Positions 7,854 through 19,055 are shown, counted from the first letter of the stretch. The stretch is 64,000 nt of DNA from a bacterium (GCA_020854115.1 JADZGC010000004.1:65665-129664), one strand, 5' to 3'. Program-made: numbers and translations. The notes: generated by a model from the sequence alone, not told the origin.

Positions 7854-10376
7854 ATGAGCGAATTTGCAAGTCTCATTCTTCTCGTCATGTTGGTTGTCAT
7901 GTTGGGTGTCGGTGGTGTTGTATTCTGGATTGTGCGCCGCCGCTTGCAGCACGCTAAGGACATCGAGCGCAGCCTTAAGATGGTGCCATTACTCCTAAAG
8001 TTACCTCCGGCCGAGGAAGATGAGAGTCAGCGTGATGAGCGTGAGAAAATCAAAGAAAATGTCTCACGTGCTGAGGGCATATACACGCTGCTTTCAGGTA
8101 TCGCCACAAATCGTCGTTGGCTGTATTCTCAGCGGCATATATCTTTTGAGATCGTGGCCCATGGCGAGCAGATCTACTTCTATGTTGCGGTGCCGGTTGC
8201 GCTTGTAACTTCTGTCGAAAAGGCTCTGGTCGCGGCCTATCCGACCATACAGATTATCCCAGCCGAGGATCACAACATCTTCTCTGAGACGGGCAAGATA
8301 GCGACTATTACAGGTGGGGAGATGCACCTGACTGGAGACTCATTTTATCCCTTGCAGACCTATAAGACGTTGGAATTCGACCCTTTAGCGGGCATGCTAT
8401 CAGCATTGACGCGCCTGAAACCTGATGAGGGTGTGGTAGTGCAAGTGATGTTTCGGCCGGCCAATCCGAAGTGGGTCATCAAGGCTCGCGAGTTCGCCAA
8501 GGGGCTCTTGAATCCGCAGCGAGCAAAAATGCATGATCCGATGCATATAGCGGCATCGGTGGCACGAGCCCCATTTGGTTCACCTGACTGGCAGGCTAAA
8601 GAACAGATGCAAGACCCATCGAAACAGGCCGATTCGATTGACCAGAAGTTGGCTCAAGCAGTTGAGGAAAAGGCGGCCCAGCCGGCCTTTGAAACGCTTA
8701 TCCGAATTGTGACGAGCTCGGATGATTTTGGTCGTAGTAAACTGCTCTTACAGGATGTCGTGAATGGCTTTGCACAGTTTGCACTACCAGGTAGTAATAG
8801 CTTTCAATTCGTCGCCGATCCATCACAGCAGCAGCTTGCGACCGACTTGATTTTTCGATTCTTCCCGGCGCAAAAAAAGAAAGTGATCCTAAATAGCTCG
8901 GAGCTCGCGACGCTATTCCATTTGCCGAGCAGTCATTCAGAGCTGGCTGCGCCACTTGAACGCAAGGGCCTTAAGGAGGTTGCTTCACCTGCGGACTTGC
9001 CGGACGCCGGGATTGTCCTGGGAAGCAACTTCTTCCAGGGCAAGGAAAAGGTCGTTCGGCTTACGGATAAGGATCGCACACGCCACATGTACATTCTTGG
9101 TCAGACCGGTACCGGTAAGTCTGTCTTGCTTGGCGATATGATTGTGCAGGATATGATGGCCGGGAAGGGCTTGTGCTTTATTGACCCGCATGGTGAGGTG
9201 GCTGAAGAAATTATTGCTAAGGTTCCGCCGCATCGAGCTGAGGATGTGATTTACTTCAATCCAGCCGATATGGCTATGCCGCTCGGAATGAATATCTTAG
9301 AAACTGATCCGGCGCATCCAGAACAAAAAGACTTTGTGATTCAAGAAACGTTGGCGATGCTCTATAAGATGTATGACCCAAATAACCAGGGTTTTATCGG
9401 CCCGCGCTTTGAGCAGTGGTATCGTAATGCGGCTCTGACGGTAATGGCTGACCCGGCTGGGGCGACCTTCCTTGAGATCCCCAAGCCGTTCTTGGACGAT
9501 GACTTTTTGAAGGCGAAATTCAAATATGTGACAGATCCGACAGTGCAAGACTTTTGGATTAATGAAATGGGTCAAACCTCTGAACGCGATAAGAGCGAGA
9601 TGCTTGGCTACTTTGTATCAAAGTGGGGCGCCTTCCAGTCAAACGAAACGATGCGCAATATTATGGGGCAGCATCAGAGTGCGTTTGATTTTGGCAAGGT
9701 GATGGATGAGGGCAAGATCCTGATTGTCAATCTCTCGAAGGGCCAAGTCGGTGAGCTGAATGCAAAATATCTTGGGATGATTTTCGTGATCAAAGTGCTT
9801 GCTGCAGCCTTCGCTCGCTCAGGCAGGCCAAAAGATCAAATGCCGCTCTTTACACTCTACGTCGATGAGTTTCAAAACTTCGCTACTGAGTCATTTGCAA
9901 CGATTCTGTCTGAAGCCCGTAAGTACAACCTGTGTCTTGTCGTGGCAAACCAGTTTATTGGTCAGTTGACCGATGAGATTAAGGGTGCGGTATTTGGCAA
10001 CGTTGGTACGCTTTTCACTTATCGCTGTGGGCCAGATGATGCTGAATATCTAGAGAAGCAGTTCCTGCCAAGCTTTGATAAGACTGACCTCGTCAATATG
10101 CCAAACCTCTTGGGTGCGGTGAAGTTGATGGCAAATGGGTTGCCGACGAAGCCTTTTACGCTCAAGCCGATCTTCCCGCCCATAGGAGGATATGGTGATG
10201 CGAATGTGGCGCTGAATGTGAAAGAGCTGTCGCGCAATAAGTATGGTCGACCAAAGGAGGAAGTAGCTAAGGAGGTAGCAGCTGCGCTGACGATGCGTGA
10301 TGAGCCAAGGCCAAGTAGTGCACCAGCTCCCGCCGAGCAAGCTTCAGTACCAGCTGGTTCTCAGTCAGCACAGTAA
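7854..10376 (+). CDS. Membrane-anchored P-loop ATPase, VirD4/TraG/TraD-like (coupling-protein / HerA-FtsK superfamily)
   Basis: N-terminal TM (LILLVMLVVMLGVGGVVFWIV); Walker A ILGQTGTGKSVLL; Walker B-like LFTLYVDEFQNF; 840 aa. Confidence 0.6.
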   Translation: MSEFASLILLVMLVVMLGVGGVVFWIVRRRLQHAKDIERSLKMVPLLLKLPPAEEDESQRDEREKIKENVSRAEGIYTLLSGIATNRRWLYSQRHISFEIVAHGEQIYFYVAVPVALVTSVEKALVAAYPTIQIIPAEDHNIFSETGKIATITGGEMHLTGDSFYPLQTYKTLEFDPLAGMLSALTRLKPDEGVVVQVMFRPANPKWVIKAREFAKGLLNPQRAKMHDPMHIAASVARAPFGSPDWQAKEQMQDPSKQADSIDQKLAQAVEEKAAQPAFETLIRIVTSSDDFGRSKLLLQDVVNGFAQFALPGSNSFQFVADPSQQQLATDLIFRFFPAQKKKVILNSSELATLFHLPSSHSELAAPLERKGLKEVASPADLPDAGIVLGSNFFQGKEKVVRLTDKDRTRHMYILGQTGTGKSVLLGDMIVQDMMAGKGLCFIDPHGEVAEEIIAKVPPHRAEDVIYFNPADMAMPLGMNILETDPAHPEQKDFVIQETLAMLYKMYDPNNQGFIGPRFEQWYRNAALTVMADPAGATFLEIPKPFLDDDFLKAKFKYVTDPTVQDFWINEMGQTSERDKSEMLGYFVSKWGAFQSNETMRNIMGQHQSAFDFGKVMDEGKILIVNLSKGQVGELNAKYLGMIFVIKVLAAAFARSGRPKDQMPLFTLYVDEFQNFATESFATILSEARKYNLCLVVANQFIGQLTDEIKGAVFGNVGTLFTYRCGPDDAEYLEKQFLPSFDKTDLVNMPNLLGAVKLMANGLPTKPFTLKPIFPPIGGYGDANVALNVKELSRNKYGRPKEEVAKEVAAALTMRDEPRPSSAPAPAEQASVPAGSQSAQ

Positions 10377-10409
10377 GTGCTACAATGCTCTTAAGGTAAT
10401 CAAATATCA

Positions 10410-12308
10410 ATGCTATTTCGCGACTTCGTTACAAATTTTTCTGTCGGGCAGCAGGATCGTGGGCTTGTCTCATACTACATCAAGCGATTAGGTCAAGAAC
10501 AGGCAGTTCGGGCTGCTGGGGCGGTACTGGCGGTAATGGTTTCTATCTTTCAGGTGCTCACTGTCGTAGCGCCTCCTCAGCACTCGGAGGCAAGTGCTGG
10601 GTCTGCAAACGACGTTATCTATGGTGGTTTCTCGTCGAAGGCAGAGTTGCTGCGTCGATACGATAGCGACCTCGAGCTTCGAGCAGTGTACCTGCAGCTG
10701 AAGATCACGCGTCCAATGATCGAGGCTGCTACTAATGGCACTGCTAATTCTTCCGACAATACCTGGTCTGTAGGTCGCTTGCCACATGGTGACAAAAACA
10801 TCAAGTTTACTGTTGCTGGTGGGCGCACGCCTTTCTATGTTCGCCCCTTAAGCGTGTGGGGGGCTGGTAAGCAATTCCCTGGGCTTCAAGGTGTGAATGC
10901 AGACGGCAATCGTTTTTGGATCCTGTATGATTGTGGTAATCCGGTCGTGGAACTTCCAAGGGATAATCCTGCGCAGAAGAATCCTCCGACGGCACCTCCA
11001 ACTGTGCCACCAACCGAACCACCTACGGTTCCTCCGACGGCACCTCCAACTGCCCCACCAACTACTCCTCCTACGGTTCCGCCCACTAATCCGCCGAGGA
11101 TATCTTACGTATGCGATAGCCTCGAGGCTACGTACGATAGCAATAACCAGCAGCGCTATGCGCCACTTACGGTTAATTTCAAGACCACTGCTTCGGTTTC
11201 GAATACTACAATCACAGGATATATCTATGACTTCGGCGACCAAGAGAACGAAAATGCCAACAATCAGTCTACAGGTCATACCTATACCAGGGCAGGCACC
11301 TACACTGCGACCGTACGCGTCAAGACGACTGCCGGTACCACAGAGCAAAACGCGGCATGTCGCGCGACCATTGTTGTGGGTAGCGTGCCACCGCCACCAC
11401 CCGTCAGGTACGCCTGTTTGCAGCTAACAGCCTATCAGGATGCGAATAATCCCTCGGGTAACGCACCGTTGAAGGTGAGCTTCGCAACCGAAAAGCTGGT
11501 AGAGAACACGGGCTTTGTGAGCTATCTCTATGAATTTGGTGACGGTACGACAAAAGAAACCAGCACCAATCCGTATGAGCATACCTATGAGAAGGCAGGT
11601 ACCTATGTAGCGAAGGTCCGCATCAAAACTCGTGCCGGTACGTCACAATATGTTGAAGAATGTCAGGTGACACTACAAGTAGTGAGTCCTAATATGAGTT
11701 ACAAGAAGTCAGCCCTCAACCTTACTCTGCTTGATGCAAATAAGCAGCCAACGAACGCCGCTGGTACTCAGGCGCGTGCTGGGGATAAGATTAAATACTC
11801 ACTGACAGTCTATAACTCCGGCACTGGTCCCGTTGATGAGTTTGTCTTTGATGAAGCGATAAGTGACATTTTGGAGTATGCTGACATTGTTGATCAAGGT
11901 GGAGGTAAGCTAGTCGAGACTGCTATCCCCGGCAAAGATGGTGCAAAGACGACGAATCTTGTCTGGCCAGCACAGGCAGTTGGTCCTGGTAAGACAGTCA
12001 CTAAAGAATTTATCGTTCAAATCAAGAGCCCCATTCCAGCCGTGCCGGTTGGTAAGAGTGATAAGAACTCGTATGACTTGCAGATGGATAATATCTTCTA
12101 CGGTCAGCGAGTGACGATTACGCTCCCTGCTGCACCTCCGAAGCAGATCGAGCGCGTTGTGATGACACTACCCCAAACGGGCGCTACCCTCGCCAATACG
12201 GCGCTCGCGCTGTTTGCTGCTGGAGCAGTATTCATCTACTTGCGCAATCGACTAATCCGAAAAGAACTAGCTATTCTCAATAACATACACGAGGGCTTGC
12301 CATCATGA
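10410..12308 (+). CDS. Cell-wall-anchored surface protein: N-terminal TM/signal, PPT-repeat linker, two PKD-like repeats, DUF11-like region, LPQTG sorting signal
   Basis: C-terminal LPQTG + hydrophobic stretch + RNRLIRK tail; repeats YIYDFGDQ...GTYTATVRVKT / YLYEFGDG...GTYVAKVRIKT; PPTAPPTVPPTEPPT linker. Confidence 0.75.
   Translation: MLFRDFVTNFSVGQQDRGLVSYYIKRLGQEQAVRAAGAVLAVMVSIFQVLTVVAPPQHSEASAGSANDVIYGGFSSKAELLRRYDSDLELRAVYLQLKITRPMIEAATNGTANSSDNTWSVGRLPHGDKNIKFTVAGGRTPFYVRPLSVWGAGKQFPGLQGVNADGNRFWILYDCGNPVVELPRDNPAQKNPPTAPPTVPPTEPPTVPPTAPPTAPPTTPPTVPPTNPPRISYVCDSLEATYDSNNQQRYAPLTVNFKTTASVSNTTITGYIYDFGDQENENANNQSTGHTYTRAGTYTATVRVKTTAGTTEQNAACRATIVVGSVPPPPPVRYACLQLTAYQDANNPSGNAPLKVSFATEKLVENTGFVSYLYEFGDGTTKETSTNPYEHTYEKAGTYVAKVRIKTRAGTSQYVEECQVTLQVVSPNMSYKKSALNLTLLDANKQPTNAAGTQARAGDKIKYSLTVYNSGTGPVDEFVFDEAISDILEYADIVDQGGGKLVETAIPGKDGAKTTNLVWPAQAVGPGKTVTKEFIVQIKSPIPAVPVGKSDKNSYDLQMDNIFYGQRVTITLPAAPPKQIERVVMTLPQTGATLANTALALFAAGAVFIYLRNRLIRKELAILNNIHEGLPS
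10981..11100 (+). repeat. Tandem PPT(A/V/E/T) coding repeats (about 10 units of 12 nt)
   Basis: Repeated cc(t/a)cc(g/a)ac(g/t)g(c/t)... encoding PPTAPPTVPPTEPPTVPPTAPPTAPPTTPPTVPPT. Confidence 0.6.
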
Positions 12309-12976
12309 GCGAACGCGAACCACGCGGCAAAGAACAATCTGAGCGAAATAGTACTCAGCGCAATGAGCTCAAGGATATCGCGAAACAATCGCAGCAGGAG
12401 AAGCTAGCGGCTGACGCGGGTACGGAATCAAAACGCCAACAAGCAATCGATAAGGCGCGAGAACAGCTCAAAGCGACCGAAAAACAAGCGGAAAAGTCTC
12501 AGGAGACGAAGGCTGAAGTCCAGGCAGTAAAATCTGAGAAGAAGGTTGAGAAGGCCGAAACAGTCGAGAAGCCAGAGCCGAAGACCGAAAAACAAGCGGA
12601 AAAGTCTCAGGAGACGAAGGCTGCACAGTCTACTGGTAGACGAGCTCGTAAGCAAGCTTATGATCATACTATGGAGCAAGTGCGGAGTCAGCTGACCCCG
12701 AGTCAGCAAGTGTTTTCGCGCTTCGTACATAGCCGTCCGATAGAATATACGAGCGAGCTACTTGAGGAAACATTCTATCGTCCAAGCTTTTTGTTGGGTG
12801 GCACTCTCGGCGCCTTGATCTTCGGTGGCGCGTTGTATATTTCTGCTCGGGTGTTTGGCTTTGAATTGTCGGGCAGTGAATTTACGCTAGGTATCATTGG
12901 CGGCGGCCTGGCCGGATTCGTGTGTGAAAAGCTCTATCGTTTCATTCGTAAAGATAAATCACCTCTAGACGTTTAG
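12305..12976 (+). CDS. K/E-rich coiled-coil-like protein with C-terminal TM helices; overlaps upstream gene by ATGA
   Basis: Charged low-complexity N-terminus with duplicated TEKQAEKSQETKA; C-terminal hydrophobic segments LLGGTLGALIFGGALYI / LGIIGGGLAGFV. Confidence 0.55.
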   Translation: MSEREPRGKEQSERNSTQRNELKDIAKQSQQEKLAADAGTESKRQQAIDKAREQLKATEKQAEKSQETKAEVQAVKSEKKVEKAETVEKPEPKTEKQAEKSQETKAAQSTGRRARKQAYDHTMEQVRSQLTPSQQVFSRFVHSRPIEYTSELLEETFYRPSFLLGGTLGALIFGGALYISARVFGFELSGSEFTLGIIGGGLAGFVCEKLYRFIRKDKSPLDV

Positions 12977-13166
12977 TAAAATACGCAAAGAGGTCGACGG
13001 TGAGCTGATTATCACCTCGAAGCCTGGGGTCGAGGCGGTTGTTCCTATGAATAAACTACCAAAATTTCACAGTAATAATAAGTACTGGCTGTCACGCTCC
13101 CCATATACTGAACACGCTGTCTTGGACAATGCAGTAAAATAATCAGTAAACAAGGAGTAAAAAAAT

Positions 13167-13424
13167 ATACCAGGATTTAAACCAATAGATCCAGAAATTA
13201 AGACTGAAATACTGGATCAAATTCGCAACCAAGGTATTAGCGTAAGTCAGGCGGCGGCCTCACATAATGTCAGTACAAAAACCATCTACAACTGGCTTCG
13301 AGCTGGTGTAGTCGACGGAGATAAGAATTTAATCCTAGAGAACAACAGGCTAAAAAAAGAATTGGAACAGGCCTACAAGGTTCTAGGTAGGCTGACGGCT
13401 GAGACACAACGCCCAAAAGGCTAG
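13167..13424 (+). CDS. IS3 OrfA (HTH/leucine-zipper); no ATG/GTG/TTG start - frame opens after TAA at 13158, first plausible codon ATA 13167 behind AAGGAG
   Basis: Translation PGFKPIDPEIKTEILDQIRNQGISVSQAAASHNVSTKTIYNWLR...LKKELEQAYKVLGRL; SD aaggag 13152-13157. Confidence 0.55.
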   Translation: MPGFKPIDPEIKTEILDQIRNQGISVSQAAASHNVSTKTIYNWLRAGVVDGDKNLILENNRLKKELEQAYKVLGRLTAETQRPKG

Positions 13425-14275
13425 CCGCTCTGGACGAGGTCGATCCAGGCTGGCGGAAGCAATATATTCGTCGTCTTGGACTTAGTAGAACAAGTTACTA
13501 CGTTCGTCCGACCAAACAAGCTAGTCTCGACAACCAAGCTGTTGCTGAGCTTCAAGCAGTTCATGAGGTGCATCCATTCTACGGTGTTGACCGTTTGAGC
13601 ATGCATCTCGGCTGGAACAAGAAGAAAACCAGGCGGATTCGTGACTTAGCTGGTGTGGTCATCCCCACTCCTGTCAAAAAGCGTCGAGGCAACAAATCTA
13701 GCAAAGCAGAAATTAACGCTCCACTCAATATCTTGCAACGCTATGCCAAGTTCAAAGATGAGCTCAGACCGCAAGACGGCATGGACTACATGGGCATGGT
13801 GGATGCCCATGCCTGGGTGCAGGACTTTACCTATCTGTGGCTTAGTAAAAACACGCACCACTTGGCTGTAGTTTTAGATCTCAAAACTAGGCAGGTTGTT
13901 GGTTGGCGACTTGGTCTGCGTCACTCCAGTGAGCTAACCCACGAAGCCCTACTTGATGCTCTGAGTAAGCACGATAGTCCAGCTATCTTACATAGCGACC
14001 AAGGAAGTGAATATCTGAGCTACAAACACCAGGACTTATGCGCCAAGATGGAGATTCTACTCAGCGCCAGCAACAAATCTAGTCCGTGGCAAAACGGCTT
14101 CATGGAGCGTTGGTTTGGAGGCTTCAAGCGTGAAATGGGAAACCTTAGTCAGTACAAAGATTTAGCCCAACTTCATGAAGCAATTGCCATGCATATTTAT
14201 TACTATAACCACAAACGCATCCACACGGCATTAGGCATGAGTCTAGCAGCTTACGCTGCTAGCCTCAAAACCTAG
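13403..14275 (+). CDS. IS3 OrfB transposase (DDE integrase core); frame opens 13403, first ATG 13568
   Basis: HSDQGSEY, NGFMERWF, YNHKRIH motifs; -1 frame relative to orfA; candidate slip sites A_AAA_AAA 13352-13358 (followed by stops in -1 frame) and A_AAA_G 13415-13419 in the 21-nt overlap. Confidence 0.8.
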   Translation, partial: DTTPKRLAALDEVDPGWRKQYIRRLGLSRTSYYVRPTKQASLDNQAVAELQAVHEVHPFYGVDRLSMHLGWNKKKTRRIRDLAGVVIPTPVKKRRGNKSSKAEINAPLNILQRYAKFKDELRPQDGMDYMGMVDAHAWVQDFTYLWLSKNTHHLAVVLDLKTRQVVGWRLGLRHSSELTHEALLDALSKHDSPAILHSDQGSEYLSYKHQDLCAKMEILLSASNKSSPWQNGFMERWFGGFKREMGNLSQYKDLAQLHEAIAMHIYYYNHKRIHTALGMSLAAYAASLKT

Positions 14276-14340
14276 GCGGTTTTGTCTTAGACAAGGTGTT
14301 TGTTGAAAAGGGAGGTTGACTGAACCGGCTGATCAATCCC

Positions 14341-14370
14341 TTGCTCCAACCTGATCTTCTCTTATATAAT
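14341..14370 (+). promoter_or_regulatory. Putative gyrB promoter TTGCTC-N18-TATAAT
   Basis: ttgctc 14341-14346; tataat 14365-14370 within tatataat. Confidence 0.35.
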
Positions 14371-14427
14371 GGATTGGTATTTTGTGACTAATAAAAAAGA
14401 AAAACCTTTGGAGGGGTTACCTTACTC

Positions 14428-16533
14428 GTGGCAGATGTAGACAAGACAGCAAAAAAACCGGCTAAATATTCTGCAGAACAAATTCAGGTACTTGAGGGGC
14501 TTGAGCCGGTCCGCAAGCGTCCTGGTATGTACATCGGCGGCACCGGTAGCGAGGGATTGCATCACCTGGTATGGGAGCTAGTCAATAACTCGATCGATGA
14601 GGCCCTGGCCGGGGCTGCGACCGTGGTTGAGGTTGCGCTCGAGGCTGATGGTTGGGTGCGAGTGACTGATAATGGGCGTGGTATACCAGTAGACACAGTG
14701 AAATCGACTGGCAAGTCAGCTCTCGAGACAGTGCTGACTGTTTTGCACGCCGGCGGTAAGTTTGGCGGCGACGGCTATAAGGTTTCTGGTGGTTTGCACG
14801 GTGTTGGTGTGTCGGTAGTAAACGCTCTGGCAACTGATTTGCATGCGATTGTCTATAAAGACGGATCGATTCACGAGCAGACGTACAAAGGTGGCGTAGC
14901 AACTGCCCCCATCAAGGTAACTGGCAAGACCAAGCAGACTGGAACGACCATTCGCTTTAAGCCAGACGAAACAATCTTTGAAACGGTGAAGTTTAGCTAC
15001 AATACAATTCTTGATTATCTACGCCATCAGGCATATCTGACCAAAGGTGTACGAGTGCGCCTGATAGATGAGAAACACAATAAGCGCTTTAGTTTTTATT
15101 TTGAGGGCGGTATCCGATCGTATGTTGAGCACCTCAACAAAGGCAAGGAGGCTATTAACGAGCCTACTTTCTATGTCGACAAGCAACAAGGCGATGTGAC
15201 GGTTGAGGCTGCTATTCAGTATGCTGATAGTTACAGCGAACAAGTGAAGAGCTTTGCAAATAATATCTACAACCCAGAAGGCGGGACGCACCTGACCGGC
15301 TTTAGGACGGCCTTGACGCGCGTCATTAATGACTATGCACGCAAAAACGGACTAATCAAGGAGAAGGACGAGTCTCTGACTGGCGATGATGTACGCGAAG
15401 GTTTAACCGCGATCGTATCGGTCAAATTGCCAGAGCCGCAGTTTGAGGGTCAGACCAAAGGTAAGCTGGGTAACCCAGAGATCCGCGGTATCGTTGATAC
15501 GGTCGTCAGTGAATACCTCGCTTATTATCTCGAAGAAAACCCAGTCGAGGCGAAGAAGATCATTAGTAAGGCATCGCTCTCGGCGCGTGCTCGACTAGCT
15601 GCGCGGGCAGCTCGCGACACCGTGATCCGTAAGGGTGCTCTCGAGGGCATGACACTTCCAGGTAAACTGGCTGACTGTAGCTCAAAGAAGATGGAGGAAT
15701 CCGAACTCTTTATTGTAGAGGGCGACTCGGCTGGCGGCTCTGCGAAGCAAGGCCGCAATCGTGAGTTTCAGGCGATTCTGCCATTGCGAGGTAAGATCCT
15801 CAATGTCGAGCGCGCTCGTCTTGATAAGATGCTTGGGAATAATGAAGTTAAAAACCTCATCATTGCTATGGGGACCGGCATAGCTGATAACTTTGATCTG
15901 GGTCGTTTGCGCTATGGTCGCATCATCATCGCCACGGACGCCGATGTGGATGGCTCGCACATCCGTACATTACTTCTGACATTCTTCTTCCGGCACATGC
16001 CATCTTTGATCGAAGAGGGGCATATCTTCATTGCTCAACCACCACTCTATAAGCTTTCGGTGGGTCGAGAAAAGCATTATGCGTACAATGATGGTGAGCG
16101 TGACGCCATCCTGTCGGAATTGGCTGCAAAGGCTGGAAGCAAGGCGAATAATAAAGACAAATCTCAAGCCGAAGTGGTCGAGGAAGGGGCTGAGTCTATC
16201 CCTGATAGTGTTGAGACGGCAGCCGATTTGGCAGAGCTGGCAATACAGACCGAACAAATTGATGAACAGGCTGTTGAAGATGAGGTCGCCTCAGAGACAG
16301 GCATCAAGATACCGGGTCTATCCATCCAGCGCTACAAGGGTCTTGGTGAGATGAACCCAGACCAGCTATGGGAGACAACCATGGATCCGAGTAATCGTGT
16401 GCTGCTCAAAGTAGCGATCGAAGATGCTGAAAAGGCAGATGCGATATTCTCGAAGCTTATGGGTGATGAAGTCAGCTTGCGTAAGCACTTCATTCAGATA
16501 CATGCGAAATCAGTAACTAACTTGGATATTTAA
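14428..16533 (+). CDS. gyrB: DNA gyrase subunit B (GTG start)
   Basis: [42 protein letters not shown] motifs; 701 aa. Confidence 0.95.
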   Translation: MADVDKTAKKPAKYSAEQIQVLEGLEPVRKRPGMYIGGTGSEGLHHLVWELVNNSIDEALAGAATVVEVALEADGWVRVTDNGRGIPVDTVKSTGKSALETVLTVLHAGGKFGGDGYKVSGGLHGVGVSVVNALATDLHAIVYKDGSIHEQTYKGGVATAPIKVTGKTKQTGTTIRFKPDETIFETVKFSYNTILDYLRHQAYLTKGVRVRLIDEKHNKRFSFYFEGGIRSYVEHLNKGKEAINEPTFYVDKQQGDVTVEAAIQYADSYSEQVKSFANNIYNPEGGTHLTGFRTALTRVINDYARKNGLIKEKDESLTGDDVREGLTAIVSVKLPEPQFEGQTKGKLGNPEIRGIVDTVVSEYLAYYLEENPVEAKKIISKASLSARARLAARAARDTVIRKGALEGMTLPGKLADCSSKKMEESELFIVEGDSAGGSAKQGRNREFQAILPLRGKILNVERARLDKMLGNNEVKNLIIAMGTGIADNFDLGRLRYGRIIIATDADVDGSHIRTLLLTFFFRHMPSLIEEGHIFIAQPPLYKLSVGREKHYAYNDGERDAILSELAAKAGSKANNKDKSQAEVVEEGAESIPDSVETAADLAELAIQTEQIDEQAVEDEVASETGIKIPGLSIQRYKGLGEMNPDQLWETTMDPSNRVLLKVAIEDAEKADAIFSKLMGDEVSLRKHFIQIHAKSVTNLDI

Positions 16534-16535
16534 TC

Positions 16536-19055
16536 ATGGCTACAAAGAAATCATCCCTAGACATGACTCCAGAAGAACAGGCGAACGAAGCCTTGCAAGC
16601 TGCCAATATTGGTACGGTAAAATTCCAGCCGATCGAATCCGAGATGGAAAAAAGCTATCTTGAGTACGCTATGTCGGTCATTGTATCGCGCGCATTGCCA
16701 GATGTACGCGATGGGTTGAAGCCAGTACATCGACGCATTCTTTATGCAATGATGCGAGAGGGGCTGTACTCCAATCGCAAGCACTCTAAGTCTGCTGGTG
16801 TGGTCGGTGAAGTGTTGAAGAAATATCACCCGCACGGTGATTCGGCCGTGTATGATGCGATGGTGCGCTTGGCGCAACCATGGAGCTTACGCTACCCAAT
16901 GGTTGATGGTCAGGGCAACTTTGGTTCACCAGACGGTGATCGAGCGGCTGCCTATCGATATACCGAAGCGCGCATGACCAAGATTGCCGAAGAGATGTTG
17001 GTTGATATCGACAAGAATACGGTTGACTTCATGCCAAACTTCGACGGCTCACACAAAGAGCCAAAGGTGCTGCCCGCTAAATTACCAAACCTCTTATTGA
17101 ATGGTGTGCAAGGTATTGCTGTGGGTATGGCGACCAACATTCCGACTCACAATTTGCGTGAGTTGGTCGACGCTATTCTGCACATCATCGAGAATCCATC
17201 GGCTAATAGTGCCGACTTGCTACAGTTTGTAAAAGGTCCGGACTTCCCAACCGGTGGCATTATCTTTGATGATGGCGGCATTGCTAGCGCCTACACGACC
17301 GGCAAGGGGAGTATCGTGATGCGTGCAGTAGCCGAGATCGTTGAATCAAAGAAGGGCAAGCAACAAATCTTAGTGACCGAACTACCATATCAGGTAGTTC
17401 GTGGAAATCTTGTCGAGAAGATCGCTGAGCTGGTACATGCGAAGAAGGTTGTTGGTATTAGTGATATTCGTGACGAGAGCTCTGATCGCGATGGCACTCG
17501 TATTGTGATTGAGCTCAAAAAAGATGCCTATGCGCAGAAGCTTCTGAATCAGCTCTACAAGCTCACACCGATGCAGACGAGCTTCCACGTCAATATGCTT
17601 GCGCTCGTGGATGGCATTCAGCCGCGCGTATTGAATCTAGAAATGGTGTTGAAGTACTACTTGCAGCACCGGCAGGAGGTTGTCCGACGTCGTACGGAGT
17701 TTGATCTCAAGAAAGCCGAAGATCGAGCCCATATCCTCGAAGGTTTGTTGAAGGCACTCGATGAGATTGATAAGGTTATATCGACGATCCGTGCCAGTCA
17801 GACACAGGATGAAGCTCGCAAGGCCTTGATGCAAAACTTCAAGCTGACCGAAGTGCAGGCAAATGCCATCCTGGCGATGCAGTTACGAACTCTAGCTGGC
17901 CTGGAGCGCAAAAAGATCGAAGACGAATATGCTGAGTTGCAAAAACTCATCAAGGAGCTCAAGAGGATTCTGAGTAGTGCTGAAAATATCTTGGCTGTTA
18001 TTAAGGAAGAGCTTACGGAGATGCGCGATAAGTATGGTGACGAGCGCCGTACGCAGATTGAGAACAAAGGCGCTGGTATATTTTCAGAAGAAGATCTTGT
18101 GCCGAACGAAGATGTGATTATTACTTTGACAAATGGCGGTTACATCAAACGCATGCCTTCTGACACCTACAAGAGTCAAGGTCGTGGCGGCAAGGGCATT
18201 ATGGGTATGACGACCAAGGAAGAAGACGTTGTGCAAGATGTCTTGAAGACCAAGAACCATGATTGGGTGCTCTTTTTCACGAGTAAGGGGCGTGCGTTTC
18301 GCCTGAAGGTCTATGAGATTCCAGCCGCAAGTCGAGTTGCGAAGGGTGTGTCTATTGTCAATATTCTTAATCTTGCGCCTGAAGAACGAGTAACGAGCTC
18401 TGTGGCCCTGACCAAGGAGGAGCAGGCGCAGTATCTTTTCATGGCGACGCGTCAAGGTACTATCAAGAAGAGCAAGTTAACTGATTTTGCAAACATCCGC
18501 TCGAGTGGGATTATTGCCATTAAACTCGATGTCGGCGATGAACTGGCTTGGGTCAAGAAGTGTAGTGATGGTGATGATATTATCTTGTCGACATCGAAGG
18601 CACAGGCATTACGCTTCGGCCAAGAGGCTGCTCGGCCGATGGGTCGCGCGACTCGGGGCGTGCGGGGTATGCGTTTGCGTGCCGAGGATCATGTAGTCGG
18701 TGTCGATATTATTGGTCAAGAAGAAGGTCTCATGCTCGTCACGTGTGCGAACGGCTACGGTAAGCTCACGAAGACGGAGCAATTTACAAAGCATGCGCGC
18801 GGGGGGGTAGGAATTAAGGCTGGGGTGGTGACTACAAAGACGGGTGAGGTGATTGACTCTCGCGTGATTGGGGCGCGCGATGATGATCTGCTCCTGATCT
18901 CTCGTCAGGGTCAAGTAATTCGCTTGCGACTCAAAGATATCTCGGTGATAGGGCGTGCTACGCAGGGAGTGCGCATCATGAAGCTCAAGGATGGCGACAC
19001 AGTTGCATCACTTGCATTGATTGATGCTTCAGGTGAGCCTGAGGTTACGGAGTAG
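16536..19055 (+). CDS. gyrA: DNA gyrase subunit A
   Basis: [45 protein letters not shown]; 839 aa. Confidence 0.95.
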   Translation: MATKKSSLDMTPEEQANEALQAANIGTVKFQPIESEMEKSYLEYAMSVIVSRALPDVRDGLKPVHRRILYAMMREGLYSNRKHSKSAGVVGEVLKKYHPHGDSAVYDAMVRLAQPWSLRYPMVDGQGNFGSPDGDRAAAYRYTEARMTKIAEEMLVDIDKNTVDFMPNFDGSHKEPKVLPAKLPNLLLNGVQGIAVGMATNIPTHNLRELVDAILHIIENPSANSADLLQFVKGPDFPTGGIIFDDGGIASAYTTGKGSIVMRAVAEIVESKKGKQQILVTELPYQVVRGNLVEKIAELVHAKKVVGISDIRDESSDRDGTRIVIELKKDAYAQKLLNQLYKLTPMQTSFHVNMLALVDGIQPRVLNLEMVLKYYLQHRQEVVRRRTEFDLKKAEDRAHILEGLLKALDEIDKVISTIRASQTQDEARKALMQNFKLTEVQANAILAMQLRTLAGLERKKIEDEYAELQKLIKELKRILSSAENILAVIKEELTEMRDKYGDERRTQIENKGAGIFSEEDLVPNEDVIITLTNGGYIKRMPSDTYKSQGRGGKGIMGMTTKEEDVVQDVLKTKNHDWVLFFTSKGRAFRLKVYEIPAASRVAKGVSIVNILNLAPEERVTSSVALTKEEQAQYLFMATRQGTIKKSKLTDFANIRSSGIIAIKLDVGDELAWVKKCSDGDDIILSTSKAQALRFGQEAARPMGRATRGVRGMRLRAEDHVVGVDIIGQEEGLMLVTCANGYGKLTKTEQFTKHARGGVGIKAGVVTTKTGEVIDSRVIGARDDDLLLISRQGQVIRLRLKDISVIGRATQGVRIMKLKDGDTVASLALIDASGEPEVTE

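Larger units (their letters stand above)
13109..14308 (+). mobile_element. IS3-family insertion sequence (orfA/orfB, -1 frameshift organisation, imperfect ~20-bp terminal IRs)
   Basis: IRL tgaacacgctgtcttggacaa (13109-13129) vs IRR ttgtcttagacaaggtgtttg (14282-14302); orfA HTH + orfB DDE in -1 frame. Confidence 0.75.

Noticed and set aside
10981-11100. CRISPR-like short tandem repeats
   Set aside because: The repeats are 12-nt coding repeats (PPTx) inside an ORF with no spacers. No CRISPR arrays or cas genes are seen anywhere in the window.
14276-14427. oriC/DnaA-box cluster upstream of gyrB
   Set aside because: dnaA, dnaN and recF are absent. The interval is occupied by the IS3 right end and a promoter, and no repeated TTATCCACA-like boxes are seen.
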